Origin: Eledone cirrhosa
Lineage: Eukaryota
DNA length: 64,000 nt
Direction of reading: 5' to 3'
NCBI GenBank assembly: GCA_964016885.1
Contig: OZ024745.1
Location: forward strand, 15,376,001-15,440,000
Under the pieces are notes generated by a model, which saw only the letters and a list, made by a program, of their open reading frames with translations, had not been told where the DNA came from and ran no database searches. This document shows positions 26,748-41,265 of the stretch, piece by piece (positions within the stretch are counted from its first letter, which is position 1; each line of letters begins with the position of its first letter). Made by a program: the position numbers and the translations under genes.

Positions 26748-27548
26748 TTGATATAGAACCAGTCGAGTACTGGGATCGATTGATATAGAACCAGTAGAGT
26801 ACTGGGATCGATTGATATAGAACCAGTCGAGTACTGGGATCGATTGATATAGAACCAGTCGAGTACTGGGATCGATTGATATAGAACCAGTCGAGTACTG
26901 GGATCGATTGATATAGAACCAGTCGAGTACTGGGATCGATTGATATAGTACCAGTCGAGTACTGGGATCGATTGATATAGAACCAGTCGAGTACTGGGAT
27001 CGATTAATATAGTACCAATCGAGTACTGGGATCGATTGATATAGTACCAGTCGAGTACTGGGATCGATTGATATAGTACCAGTCGAGTACTGGGATCGAT
27101 TGATATAGTACCAGTCAAGTACTGGGATCGATTGATATAGAACCAGTCGAGTACTGGGATCGATTGATATAGTACCAGTCGAGTACTGGGATCGATTGAT
27201 ATAGAACCAGTCGAGTACTGGGATCGATTGATATAGAACCAGTCGAGTACTGGGATCGATTGATATAGTACCAGTCGAGTACTGGGATCGATTGATATAG
27301 AACCAGTCGAGTACTGGGATCGATTGATATAGAACCAGTCGAGTACTGGGATCGATTGATATAGAACCAGTCGAGTACTGGGATCGATTAATATAGTACC
27401 AGTCGAGTACTGGGATCGATTGATATAGAACCAGTCGAGTACTGGGATCGATTAATATAGTACCAATCGAGTACTGGGATCGATTGATATAGAACCAGTC
27501 GAGTACTGGGATCGATTAATATAGAACCAGTCGAGTACTGGGATCGAT
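26748..27548. repeat. 32-bp minisatellite (~25 copies) grown from a SINE 3' core
   Basis: Unit TCGATTGATATAGAACCAGTCGAGTACTGGGA, directly following a SINE head at 26636-26747. Confidence 0.95.
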
Positions 27549-27686
27549 TCTTTCCAATATCTCTTTCTAGCTTTTTTTGTCAAAAGTTGTGATCTGTAGA
27601 TATTGACAGCAATGGAAACATTGTTTCTTTGGTCTTATTTGACGAGGTTCTACACCATTCGATCAGTGAATGTAGTTTGCCGATCG

Positions 27687-27767
27687 ATAATAATAATAAT
27701 AATAATGATGAAGAAGAAGAAGAAGAAGAAGAAGAAGAAGAAGAAGAAGAAGAAGAAGAAGAAGAAG

Positions 27768-27825
<58 letters not shown>

Positions 27826-27840
27826 ACAACAACAACAATA
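27687..27840. repeat. compound (AAT)n(GAA)n(CAA)n microsatellite
   Basis: Direct reading. Confidence 0.95.
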
Positions 27841-28065
27841 AGTTATTCTTCTCTAATTACCTCACACTTTCACTGGAAGAAATCAGCTATGTTCAGACCT
27901 GAGGGAGGGGGGGGGGGGGTTCCGCCAGGTTTAAAATCCAAGACACGCAGTATGTCACGACAATATCATTACGACCCGGACCCCAGAAGTTAAAAGCCCG
28001 TGGGTGGGTGGATGGGTTGGTTTATCATTATTATAGCTTTATTTGATGTTGTTATCTTAACATCT

Positions 28066-28259
28066 AATAATTGTTTCTACTTTTGTCACAAGGCCAGCAA
28101 TTATCCAATGTATTACTGGTACTTTATTTTATCGACCCCGTAAGGATGAAAGGCAAAGTTAACCTTGGCAGGATTTGAACTCAGAATGGAAAGGGCCGTA
28201 ACTCTATACGTCAAAGCATGGTGTCCGACCCTCTACCGATACTGTCAATCCACCGCCTT
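28066..28259 (-). mobile_element. SINE family 1
   Basis: Reverse complement of the family consensus. Confidence 0.8.
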
Positions 28260-29010
28260 GAGTATTTGTTATTGTTGTTGTAATTATTTAGTTACTTATT
28301 TATCCCCACGTCAACCCTAAATCGAGAAGACATTTGACCATAGGCATTCCGGACATGACCATTCCATATTTTTGTGAATCTAAGACAACATTATGCTACA
28401 AGTGACTCATACAAGTCATTCAATGAATTATTCCCTTGTGGAACTCCCTATCACGATGTGTAGTCCAGTGAATCAAGTCTTAATTCCTTTTTGGAGATAT
28501 TTTATTTCGACAACATTCTTCTGGTAAATGGATGAACATCACGACATTATTTTATATATAACTTTAAATCTGGAATTTTCTGTGTTCAGATGTTGGAGGT
28601 AGGTTGTGATAGTATTGTCTTTTACTTAATCATCAGTGTAAAATATTATTGAAATAGTCAATATAAAGAATGATGTGCTCATGCGCGGAGATGTTATAAA
28701 ATAGAGTGAAGACTTTAAAGACGGAGAAAGATGTTAACACCGACCGCTATAAGGAATATAATCTCATATCTCCCATATTTCAGCTAGACTATCAGCGCAT
28801 GAGCACACGGCTCTTTATATTAACTTTTTCCTTTCAGCGCTTCGTAAAAATCAGAGATCGGCTACGTATACACAATGATTATGGAAATAAATTGAAACGT
28901 AGTTTTGAACTACCAAAATTACAGAGAAGCTACATCTTTTTCCGTCGTTGATTTTAATACCAAAATAACATACGCATTTATTTCTACTAACATTTAGTAA
29001 AGAAAAGAAT

Positions 29011-29748
29011 TACCAATACTACCAACTTTTGAACTGATAAGGTAGAAGGACGTAAATACGTCACAGTTTGACTTCTTGTCTTCATCAAATAATTTGTTCT
29101 TATTTCTCCATTATTTGGACTTATTTGCATTACCTTTTGTCAATGCAGTTTACCACCATTTCCTGCTGTTTTATTAATACTTTAATGTATTTAGTTAAGT
29201 AGATCCAATATTTTCTTTCATCCGTCATCTTTTTTCATTGAATATACGTCCTAATGGCAATACATCAGAACTTTAAAAAATAGAGATTACTCTGGCGGTA
29301 TTTCCTTTACTCGACATCAATAACTGATTAAGAGAAGCGCATTGGCTCCATGTGAGAAATAAAACCATTTAATCTGGCAGAGAAAATAATTCATGTTTTA
29401 AGACGTTCGACAAGAAGGAACCAATATTTTCGTGTTTACCATTTCCATGCCAAATGTCTTGAAGGCCACAAACGGCTTTAAAATCCATGAAAATACGCTG
29501 AAATTCATGTGGTGGAAATATTTGTAAATATGTTATTTATTTATATATGGTAGGTTTCCTCTTTATGTATATTACATTTGCACTAAGTTACAATCCCTGA
29601 AATAAACTATCATTAGAGTTGGAAATAATGTTAGGAATATTAACCTGTACGTAGATGCACTTAATATAAGGTTAATTGACCAATTGTTCCTGCTCAAAAC
29701 CATTGTAAACTCGTTGAACTCTGCTTTTGATGCTAACAAATATCATAA
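29011..29748 (+). repeat. 738-bp direct duplication, copy 1
   Basis: Near-identical to 34525-35262. Confidence 0.9.
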
Positions 29749-29867
29749 TTAATGTTTTCAATATATAAATCAGTGAGTGTTTGTGTGTATGTGTGTGTGT
29801 GGTTATGTTTGTGTGTCGTTATGTTTGTGTGTGGCTATGTTTGTGTGTGATAAACATGGATTACATA

Positions 29868-30140
29868 CGCAGCATAGCTAAATGGTTAAGAAGTTTACTT
29901 CGCGATTATTAGGTCCTGGGTTCGATTTCACAACCGTGGTATCTTAAGCAAGTGTCATTTAACATAGCTTCGGTTTGACCAATGTCTTGTGGGTGATATT
30001 GGGTTGACGGAAACTGTTTGGAATTCCGTTGTATGGACTGCTCGGTAATTCCAAGGACAAGCCTTGTCATAGTGTCACGCTGAACCTCCCTCGGAGGTAT
30101 GGTAAGTGTATACGTGTCTGTGGAATACTCAGCCACTTGT
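29868..30140 (+). mobile_element. tRNA-derived SINE (family 3)
   Basis: TAGCTAAATGGTTAAG (A box), GGGTTCGATTTC (B box), GCAAGTGTC...GACGGAAACTG. Confidence 0.65.
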
Positions 30141-30179
30141 AATTTAGTTTCCCAATTAGGTTGCTCTCCAATCTACCTC

Positions 30180-31240
30180 ATCAACCAGTCTTAGTCCACT
30201 TGAGAATCTCAGCACTTTACCGCATCACAGATACAGCCCAAATCTTTACAAAAACAATCAAGTTTCTCCTACAAAGTTTAGATTTAAGTATCAATAGCTC
30301 GTAAATTCTTCTTTTACATTATCCGTCTCTGGTCCATGAAATTCCTCATCATTCGAAACAGTTTCAAATCATCCATAAACAACACGTGATTTAATGTTCG
30401 GTGAGAAGCATTTCTCCCAAACTTACACCGCAACATTTGCCTTCCTCAGTACTAATGATATTGGGATATGAGCAATGACAAAGGGTTATGAAGAAAAAGT
30501 GTTGCCCTAGAAAATCTTCTATATGTTCACAGTGTATAGGAATCTAGTATATGGGTTCAAATTAATTCTCCAGCCCTTCATGCAAGATTATACCAAATTG
30601 CTTGATTATTTGCCATCCAAATCATCTCCATAGTTTAAAGAAGCCACAGATGAGGCGTACATATCGTAGACCTTTTTCAACACTATCCATTCTACATTCA
30701 GATTTGTCATTCTCTTTGATTGTTATGTTACCTAAGACAAGGTAGTCGGTCATTTGTTCACATTGACGAGTTCCTGCGACATTTTTCGATAATGAGAAAA
30801 CTGTTGTTTAATAGACCATTGTATGTTTTCTCAGACAGTATTCCAGCAAACAATTTCCGAAGCAGGCAATATATATATATAGTTTCCAACAACAGAAGTT
30901 TTAGTAGGGGCATTCATGATGACAATGATCCACCCTTCAACCATTCTTAATGAATGTGCAGGACATTGTGTCTTTAGATAAAAAGAGAAATGAGCTGGAT
31001 TATGGCTTCAATTGTGATTATAATCACATCAGCAACCGCTTACTCTTGTCTTAAATTTCCATGGTGAATTTGTATGTAGTACTTTATACATCGGGGTATT
31101 TTCACTGAAATACTGCTGCCACCATTCCGATTGTGAATTTGACGTAGAGCACTTCCAATGTACGTGAATCATCTCTTTTACGGTAAATGTAGCCCTTGTC
31201 AAAGATATTAGTGGAATCTTAAATCTTGTTTGACATCAGT
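30180..31240 (-). pseudogene. degraded Dong/R4-type LINE RT fragment
   Basis: Minus translation pieces LFAGILSEKTY, FVIAHIPISLVLRKAN, LNHVLFMDDLKLF. Confidence 0.7.
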
Positions 31241-31384
31241 GAATCACTACACATATTTTAGACTGTGGTAGGTGGGAATATTTCTATATATAATGTTTAT
31301 AGTGAATGACAAATATAAAACAATTCGTAAGTTTCCACAAACAGCTTTGTCAATGGTTAATTTAGCAATTTCACTCATCCTAAA

Positions 31385-31570
31385 AGGTTAGGCCGTGTGT
31401 ATCAGGTTTAGGCAGTGTATGTCCGGTTTAAGCAGTCTATATCCGGTTTAGGCAGTGTATATCTGGTTTAGGCAGTGTATATCAGGTTTAGGCAGTGTAT
31501 ATCTGGTTTAGGCAGTGTATATCCGGTTTAGGCAGTGTATATCCGGTTCAGGCAGTGTATATCCAGTTTA
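31385..31570. repeat. 20-bp minisatellite
   Basis: ATCCGGTTTAGGCAGTGTAT x ~9. Confidence 0.9.
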
Positions 31571-31934
31571 AAATGCAGTAAACCGTATCGTTGCATGTCG
31601 TACGATGTGTCTAAAATGGTTGGCCCCACGAAGGGCATGCGACCGTAAAACAACCCCTGATTGGTTTGAAGTTTGTCACTGAGGTCTTTTAGCAGGGAAG
31701 TTGACTTTAAAAGGCTTCTTGTTTGTAGTTACATGTTATGATATTTCTAATTCTTTCTACACAGACTAACATCCACAGTAGACACTCCTCTACAAATATT
31801 TTAACCTCCAACTAATCTGTGTAATTCAAGCTGAACTAAAGCTGCATTAACTTCATTACTCAGTTACGTCAGGCCTCTGTAAATTGGCTCCAGAAGGCTT
31901 TATACGTATTTCCTCAATGTAACCAGTCTAAAAG

Positions 31935-32240
31935 TCAGATGGAATGATTTGTAGTATTCGTTTCGACTCTCTCCTCTCTAAGTTCAAATCCCATCGAGGT
32001 CAACTTTTCTTTTCATCTATTTGAAGTCAATAATAAAAGTACCAGTCAAGTACCGGGCCGGGTCTTCCTCTATATCTCTTTCTGACTTCCATACTCTCTC
32101 ACTCTCTATCCTTTTCTGAAAGAAATCTCCTCTTATTCAGACCTGGAGAGCAGATGGGCTCCGTCAGATTTTAAAATGTCCTCGAAACGACGTATGTCTA
32201 TACAGCGCCTCTATCTCTCCCCTGTGAGTTACGGGACCAT
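31935..32240 (+). mobile_element. SINE family 1 with extended tail
   Basis: Colinear with 1-330. Confidence 0.7.
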
Positions 32241-32937
32241 GCATGTATGTATGCATGCAATTACTATTTTCTTAACTGAGAAACATGTTGAGAGTATGAT
32301 AGACAAAGTAAGAAAGATTTACTTTTCTTCATATATAGAAATATAAGTAAATCACCAATTTGAGAACAATCTTCCGCCTATTTAGCTAAGACAGCAGAAT
32401 TGGCACACATTTAATAAGCTATAAATCATCGTTCCTAAAATATTTCAATAACGACAACTTACTTCTGATCAATTTCATCTCTATGAAAATCTGGCATTAC
32501 TTTTAAGTTCGGACATCAATTACATTGATTATGAAAGAAGGTCGAAGAGTCTTAAAGGTTTGTATTGTGAGTATATTAATATCATTTTTCATCATACTGT
32601 TTTTGATAAATCAAGCTTTTATGGACACCTTAGTTTAAGTTGTCATATAAATAACAGTTCAGACTCACGAGAACAATATAAACACAAAAATAAAAACAAA
32701 ATCGATTATTGAGATGAGTGTTGATTACATTGTGTCCTTATCAGTTGTAGACATCAATAAAAAAAATATCAGAATCGATAATCAGTAGATAGCGCGTATC
32801 AGTGTACTTTTTTCAGAATTTTCCTTTCAGTTATTTTTAGATATATTTAATATATATCAAGCGAGTTCACAATTTTCATAACTGTCGATTACTGTTGGTG
32901 TCTGTGTGTCTGTATGTATATATACATATACATATAT

Positions 32938-34326
<1,389 letters not shown>

Positions 34327-34357
34327 TCATAACTTGTGTGTTACACCTCTATTCTTT

Positions 34358-34438
<81 letters not shown>

Positions 34439-34524
34439 GAGGGGGAGTAGTACAGTGAATTACTGGTGTTGTAAACGAAACTTCCTCGTTTTTTTCTATT
34501 ATATATATTTATATATAATAGAAA

Positions 34525-35262
34525 TACCAACACTACCAACTTTTGAACTGATAAGGTAGAAGGACGTGAATACATCACAGTTTGACTTCTTGTCTTCATC
34601 AAATAATTTGTTCTTATTTCTCCATTATTTGGACTTTTTTGCATTACCTTTTGTCAATGCAGTTTACCACCATTTCCTGCTGTTTTATTAATACTTTAAT
34701 GTATTTAGTTAAGTAGAGCCAATATTTTCTTTCATCCATCATCTTTTTTCATTGAATATACGTCATAATGGTAATACATCAGAACTTTAAAAAATAGGGA
34801 ATACTCTGGTGGTATTTCCTTTACTTGACATCAATAAATGATTAAGAGAAGCGCATTGGCTCCATGTGAGAAATAAAACCATTTAATATGGCAGAGAAAA
34901 TAATTCATGTTTTAAGACGTTCGACAAGAAGGAACTAATATTTTCGTGTTTACCATTTCCATGCCAAATGTCTTGAAGGCAACAAACGGCTTTAAAATCC
35001 GTGAAAATACGCTGAAATTCATGTGGTGAAAATATTGGTAAATATGTTATTTATTTATATATGGTAGGTTTCCTCTTTATGTATATTACATTTGCACTAA
35101 GTTACAATCCCTGAAATAAACTATCATTAGAGTTGGAAATAATGTTAGGAATATTAACCTGTACGTAGATGCACTTAATATAAGGTTAATTGACCAATTG
35201 TTCCTGCTGAAAACCATTGTAAACTCGTTGAACTCTGCTTTTGATGCTAACAAATATCATAA
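34525..35262 (+). repeat. 738-bp direct duplication, copy 2
   Basis: Near-identical to 29011-29748. Confidence 0.9.
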
Positions 35263-35621
35263 AGTTATCGTTTTAGGTAATCCAGTTAGAAGTTGTGACT
35301 ACTCTGTACTATGGATAGTTTTAACGTACGGCGTTGTTTGACTCAACAAGAGGTTTATTTGGTTAGGTAGCAAGTTTGTGAGAATTCCCATGTAGGTCAT
35401 TCTTGGAGTAATTAGTAGTTAAAGTGTGAAGAATAACATAGTCGGCTGTACAAAAGGGGTTTTATTTACAGCATTAACAATTGTTTCATTGATCAGGTGA
35501 GTCTAAAGGCCGCTAATCACTCGAAGTTGCGTCACTCGACCTTAAACACAGTGTGTGTCTCTGTTCAAATCATCGGAATACTGTATAGCCGACCATCTTA
35601 TTCTTCACTCTTTCACTACTA
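35263..35621 (-). mobile_element. pLTR-like element (family G) with short terminal inversion
   Basis: Homologous to 48005-48262; inverted segments at 35413-35451 and 35582-35621; abuts (TA)n. Confidence 0.65.
35467..35585 (-). ncRNA. type I hammerhead with branched stem II (family G)
   Basis: TACAGTATT-CCGATGA-TTTGAACAG[hairpins]CTGATCAAT-GAAAC-AATT-GTT-AATGCTGTA; U4C change in the core. Confidence 0.7.
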
Positions 35622-35628
35622 TATATAA

Positions 35629-35728
<100 letters not shown>

Positions 35729-37238
35729 TATGTATGTATGTTTATATGTATGTATATATGTGTATATATAAAACGTGTGAGATAAATGTTATGTGTGATA
35801 GTGGGAGAACGTCACAGGTATCCAATATGATTATCTACGACCTAGTTTTAAGTAACCACTTATCTCCCACAGTAGTAACAGCACACTGTTATATATATAC
35901 TATGAGTCCGATAGTCGTCAATTTACTGTTTAATACATGGTGCATTTATAGTTTGGATAATGTCACTTCTAGGTATATCTCCTCTGTATACATTACTGCA
36001 ATGTTGACTTCAATACTAAATGAAAACAGGCTATTGTTATTTGTAAAATTATCTGAATTCACAAATATATTCCAGTAATTCATTTATATTAAATTACAAA
36101 TTGAAGTTCGATAGTATTCTATGCTTTAAATTGTTTGGGAAATCACGAATGGTTTGTCAATAGATTAAATATTGAATAATAACTATGTTCCCATTACAAG
36201 TGTCGACTGAAACGTTCATAGGCTACCAATGAAGGGGTTATGCTAGGCTGTGAAATGCGTTAATTGCATGCATTAATTTAAACTCTTCTTATTAATAGAT
36301 GCATTGTTTCATTCCAGGGACTATGTTGAAAATATACCTCATTTGGTCATTCCATGAGAGTACCTTGGTCTGACTGTCGTAGATATAAAGTTTGAGATTT
36401 ATACTTCTCTGGCAAGTGACTTGATCGAAAATCGTGTATTGAAACGAGAACAATTACATCGTGAATGATCCATTCCGGTTATTCCAAAACAAACTGTATA
36501 ATTCACTTTAAATTTATCGTTCATTTCTTAGCATCAGCCTTTTCGTCACACTATTTGCAACCTGGAAACAATCTGACGAAGATTTTCACAACAAAACTAA
36601 ATGATCCATGCTAAGAGAATTTAATAGCTTTTTGTGTGTTTTCCGAATGGCTAGAATGGTTCTTTAACGTGTCAAATAGTTTTCTTCTATTCTTCAACAG
36701 AATTGGGTACCTTAAGATTGAATTACGGTAAGTATTACACGAAAACGAGCTCTTCAATAAGAATTATAAATAATAGTTTAACCTGTATAGAATTTACTAG
36801 AGTATAATTTTCGACTATATATGCCAACAATATTCCAGATAATTGCAGTTCAAGATGAAAGAAACATCTTTATCTTTTGATTGAAAACTATTCTTTTAAA
36901 ATTTCTCAAATTGTAAATAGAACATCCTTGCCCAATCCTCCAGAGATTAATTATTAAAATTTGATAATATACAACGAAATATAATGACTTGCGAATAACA
37001 AAATAGTCATCTGTATTCTATTCATCAATGATTCATTGTGAAAACCTTAACGATGATGAAAAGAAAAGCTAAGAAAAATTCTTCAGCTTTATAAGCGAAG
37101 TAATTTCAAATATTATAATGACCGTTGTTCACAAACCGAGGAAAACCAATTCTAAAATATGTCTTGATATTAAAGTTTTGGGGTTTGTATGGAGTTATAT
37201 TTGTTTGTGTATATGTACATATTTATATATTCATATAT

Positions 37239-37415
37239 AAACGGCTAATTCTGGACTAAATTCTGGACTAAATTTAGTCCAGAATTAGCCGTCGAAACGG
37301 CTTGAGCTCAGCCGTCGGGGTCCTACTCGTTCCTATAACCCACTCTACTACCCTAAGTATTGAGTACTTTGGTGCGTTATGGTCCACCTGGTTCCTTACC
37401 ACATTTCCTTCGTTA
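37239..37415 (+). mobile_element. family I pLTR fragment with 5' inversion
   Basis: Same 3' end TTCCTTCGTTA(TA)n; HHR 3' half GAAAC-GGCTTGAGCTCAGCC-GTC-GGGGT. Confidence 0.8.
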
Positions 37416-37523
37416 TATATATATATATATATGTATACATATATATATATATGTATATAGTGGTAGAACACTGGAAGGTAATATCCGTAGTGGTAGAGCA
37501 GTCAGTCCATGGGACGAGTTAGG

Positions 37524-37672
37524 TAGAAGTGGTTACACAACAGTTAGTTCACCATACCGAGAACAATTGTTTCACCTTAGCGGATCCTCAGCACGTAATG
37601 GACCCGCTGAGGATCCGCTAAGGTGAAACAATTGTTCTCGGTATGGTGAACTAACTGTTGTGTAACCACTTC

Positions 37673-37674
<2 letters not shown>
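37524..37674. mobile_element. fold-back pLTR (family H), 69-bp perfect inverted arms
   Basis: Arms 37524-37592 and 37606-37674 with a 13-bp spacer; the element lies between (TA)n tracts. Confidence 0.85.
37552..37601 (-). ncRNA. minimal type I hammerhead (family H)
   Basis: CCATTACGTG-CTGAGGA-TCC gctaa GGT-GAAAC-AATT-GTT-CTCGGTATGG. The mirror copy on plus lacks the 5' strand of stem I. Confidence 0.75.
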
Positions 37675-37703
<29 letters not shown>

Positions 37704-37735
37704 ATATACGTATATATATATATATATATACATAC

Positions 37736-37834
<99 letters not shown>

Positions 37835-40639
37835 TTGCACGCGTATGTGTATGTCTGTGTCTGTGTGTGTATGTGCGTCTGTGTATGTGTGTCTGAGTAA
37901 CAAAGTACATTCCACTATTTTCCAATCATTTGCTACCTATTCTCCTACCTTGATTAATTTTTTCTATTAGTGTTGTATCCATTCCAAATTCGATGAACGT
38001 TTAATTTTTTATTTAGTTTGATGGGTTGCTAACTTTGTAGGGAAATAGAATTGATTAGATTGATTTTGTTTTAATTGATTTCTTTATTAGATAGTTTATT
38101 TATTTGTTTCTTAATTATACTATTACATTAGATTCTAACCAAGATATCATTCTAGTATGTTTGTTTTGATTGTGTTCTTTTTAAAACTAGTTATTGATGT
38201 GAACATTAGTTTAAGTGTTTCTCATTAACTAATGTACAGCTATTTCAGCTACTATATAATAGTATCCAGCCAACAATTATGTGCACCACACCCTTGAACT
38301 TCTCATCAGGTTGATGTTTTGCTGTTTTTTCACCCATATAGAGATCACCATCGTAATATGATTTCATACCTGTAATGTGATGAGCAGCAAAGGAAAGATC
38401 AGTGAGATTGCTAGTCTCTCTAGTCAAGCATGGCATTATACACAGCGACAGCAAAGTTTGCACAACTATTAATGTTTTCCGAATTAACAAAACCTTGATA
38501 CACTTGATTACGCTAAAATCAGTCGAGCTGTAATCACAGTTGCTGTTGTTATCTCGAACGCCATCAATAGTCCAAAGTTACGTCAGTAATTAATGATGGT
38601 AAAACTATAATGACTTTATAAATGTGCTTATTCAAAAATACTAAACAGCAAATATTTCTGGCTTAATTACTTAATAGAAAAACTACATACTGTTTTTTTT
38701 ATGTATATTATTTTTATTTTTTAAATAAAAATGTGAAGTAGACTTACGTCTGTGTGGTTTTTGTAAATAATATTTTACCCCCTCTTAGATACTCTAATTA
38801 AACCACATTTTCTCTGTCAAGAAAAATGGAGGTCCATCTGAGTAGTTTCAGTGTCGTTGTTGTTGTTTGTTTGGGGGGGGAAGTTTCACCCGTTTTGGGC
38901 TATTAATTTGTCTCTGTAGTCAGAAAAAAATGAGTAACCGACTTCTGATAAAGCAGTAAAAAAAGATGAAGCTAATCAGATTGATCTCCATTTTCTGGCC
39001 AGAGAGAGAAAAGATGTTGAGCCACTGTATTTACTGTTCTCAGTAAAGTTAAAACTGCGTATTTACTACCAACAAAACCACAATCATAAATCTTTCTTAC
39101 ATTTCTATTTATTCTAAATTAATGTCTTTTAACAACTACATTGCCATTACGATTCGGAAAGGAAATCCCATTTACGCTTCACATATTAACAAACAATCAA
39201 ATTCTCTTCACGACAAATCTAACGAAATTATCCTTAATTCCGTATTAAATGTAAAATAAATTCAATATGCTAGTGTAAAATTATATTAAGCTATTCATTG
39301 CCTTAAAAGCTTTTAATTTTCACTTGTTTTCTATACTTGCAATGAAGTTGATTAAAGACTTCCCATTCTTCGTGTTTTCTCTTTCCTTCCGATCAAATTG
39401 TTAAATGTGTCGGTTAAGTCACAATCCCTCTCTGCTTCATAATTATTCCAACAGACGTACAGAAATTCTAAGTTATATCTAAAAGAAAGGGAAAGCGAAA
39501 AGACGAGAATAAAATGGACGTAATTTGAAAAGCAGTTTTACCAAAAAACACTCAATGACGAGAAAGTAGTTTTCTTTACTTTCTCATTGATTGTTTAATT
39601 TTTTAAATTTTCACTTTAAACTGAATATTTTCAATAAGGGACTTGAGAAACAAAATTTCTTGTAGATATTTCTCTTATTCGTTTTATGTTCAAACACTCA
39701 GTTAAAATGTTATGTGCCCATTTCATGGTCTCGAAAGAAAAAATAAATTAAACTAAAAGAAAGGTTTACATTAAGGTTTTACTCGTTGTCAGACATTTAT
39801 TGGTATTAAAGTGCATGAATTGATTTAGTCTGAAGTAATGTTTATAAATGTATAAATGTACAAATGTTTGTGATTTCAATAAAATGTCATGGCAAAGAGA
39901 GAAATTTTGTTTTCGACTTGTTATATACATTTGATGCTATTTTATATATATCAGCAAAAACCTTTCCGTTGTTTCAGCTACATCGTTGCAATATAAGATC
40001 AGTTAGTATTACATTTATGTATAAGTCTAAATATAAAACTAAACCAAGCACACTGAAAGTGATGCTCTTGCCGTTGAAATATGAAAGAACGTATACCATC
40101 AGTTTGTAGTTACTATACCAAAATATATCAATTATTAAAATGAAACAAAATATCGTCCCCTGAGATTGATACTGATTCGTTTGACTGACATCTAAGGCCT
40201 AACCAAATGTTTTATGAAAATATGAGCTAGAAAAATAATTATATGATAATTACAATAGCAGATGAATAAATACTATCCCTGGTAGGTTTGAAGATGCTGC
40301 CATTCTCAACTGTCAATATTTCATTACCTTATATCTAGCTGGAAATAGAAGTTTGCGTATCACAAACACACATGGTAAGAGCCTGAGGAGTTGTTAAAGA
40401 ACATAATTTGTAGCTATCACTTTCTTTAAGCCAAGATTATTTTCACTTGTGCATACGCTACACTATTAAGTTTGACATCTATCACTATTTGTTAATATTC
40501 TCATAAATATGCAAATATTATTTTTTGTAATCATTTGTTTTCTATGACAAAACGAAATATAGAGAATGGTGACTGTACTCAGGATGAACAAATTCAAACT
40601 TCTAACCTCAATTTCAATGAAGATTGCTGAATATATATT

Positions 40640-40710
40640 GGGGACGGTTCCTTCTGACAGGACTCACTGGGTGGAGTATTTGAGGACTCTGTCTCATGAC
40701 CCTCCCGGGA
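40640..40710 (+). mobile_element. RTE-like LINE 3' end
   Basis: Diverged inverted homologue of 41116-41188, followed by (GAA)n. Confidence 0.6.
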
Positions 40711-40840
40711 AGAAGAAGTAGAAGAAGAAGAAGAAGAAGAAGAAGAAGAAGAAGAAGAAGAAGAAGAAGAAGAAGAAGAAGAAGAAGAAGAAGAAGAAGG
40801 AATAGGAGGGGAGGGGGGAGGGGGGGGGTAATAATAATAA

Positions 40841-40871
<31 letters not shown>

Positions 40872-41067
40872 AAGAAGAAGAAGAAGAAGAAGAAGGAAGA
40901 GGAGGGGAGGGGATGGGAGGGGAGGGGAGGGGAGGGGTGGGGAAGAATAATAATAATAATAATAAGAAGAAGAAGAAGAAGAAGAAGAAGAATGAGGAGG
41001 AGGAGGGGAGGAGGAGGAGAAGAAGAAGAAGAAGAAGAAGAAGAAGAAGAAGAAGAAGAAGAAGAAG

Positions 41068-41097
<30 letters not shown>
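40710..41097. repeat. compound (GAA)n/(TAA)n/(GGA)n tract
   Basis: Direct reading. Confidence 0.95.
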
Positions 41098-41098
<1 letters not shown>

Positions 41099-41265
41099 TC
41101 TACTTTTCCCAGCTATTCCTGGGAAGGTCGTGGGGGAAGAGTCCTCAAACACTCCTTCCAGCGGGTCATGTCAGAAGCAACCATCTCCAAACGATCCGGT
41201 TGGATACCCAAGCGTGACCAGCTGAGCTCATGGACGTTATCCAGCCAGCAGGAGAGTCAGAGGTA
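41098..41265 (-). mobile_element. RTE-like LINE 3' end
   Basis: Minus translation WLDNVHELSWSRLGIQPDRLEMVASDMTRWKECLRTLPPRPSQE*, like the RTE/Rex3 C-terminus ending LPPRP. Confidence 0.75.

Noticed and set aside
26748-27548. 32-bp palindromic repeats as CRISPR
   Set aside because: Head-to-tail units with no spacers; derived from a SINE.
29430-29510. Possible small minus-strand exon (TTTCAG...ATG|GTAAAC) inside the 738-bp duplication
   Set aside because: Such splice-like signals arise by chance in AT-rich DNA, and the peptide is not recognisable.
38245-38490. 81-aa ORF / possible host exon, and a CTGATGA...GAAATAGCTGTA hammerhead-like pattern on the minus strand
   Set aside because: No recognisable protein similarity or partner exons; stems I and II of the putative ribozyme do not pair.
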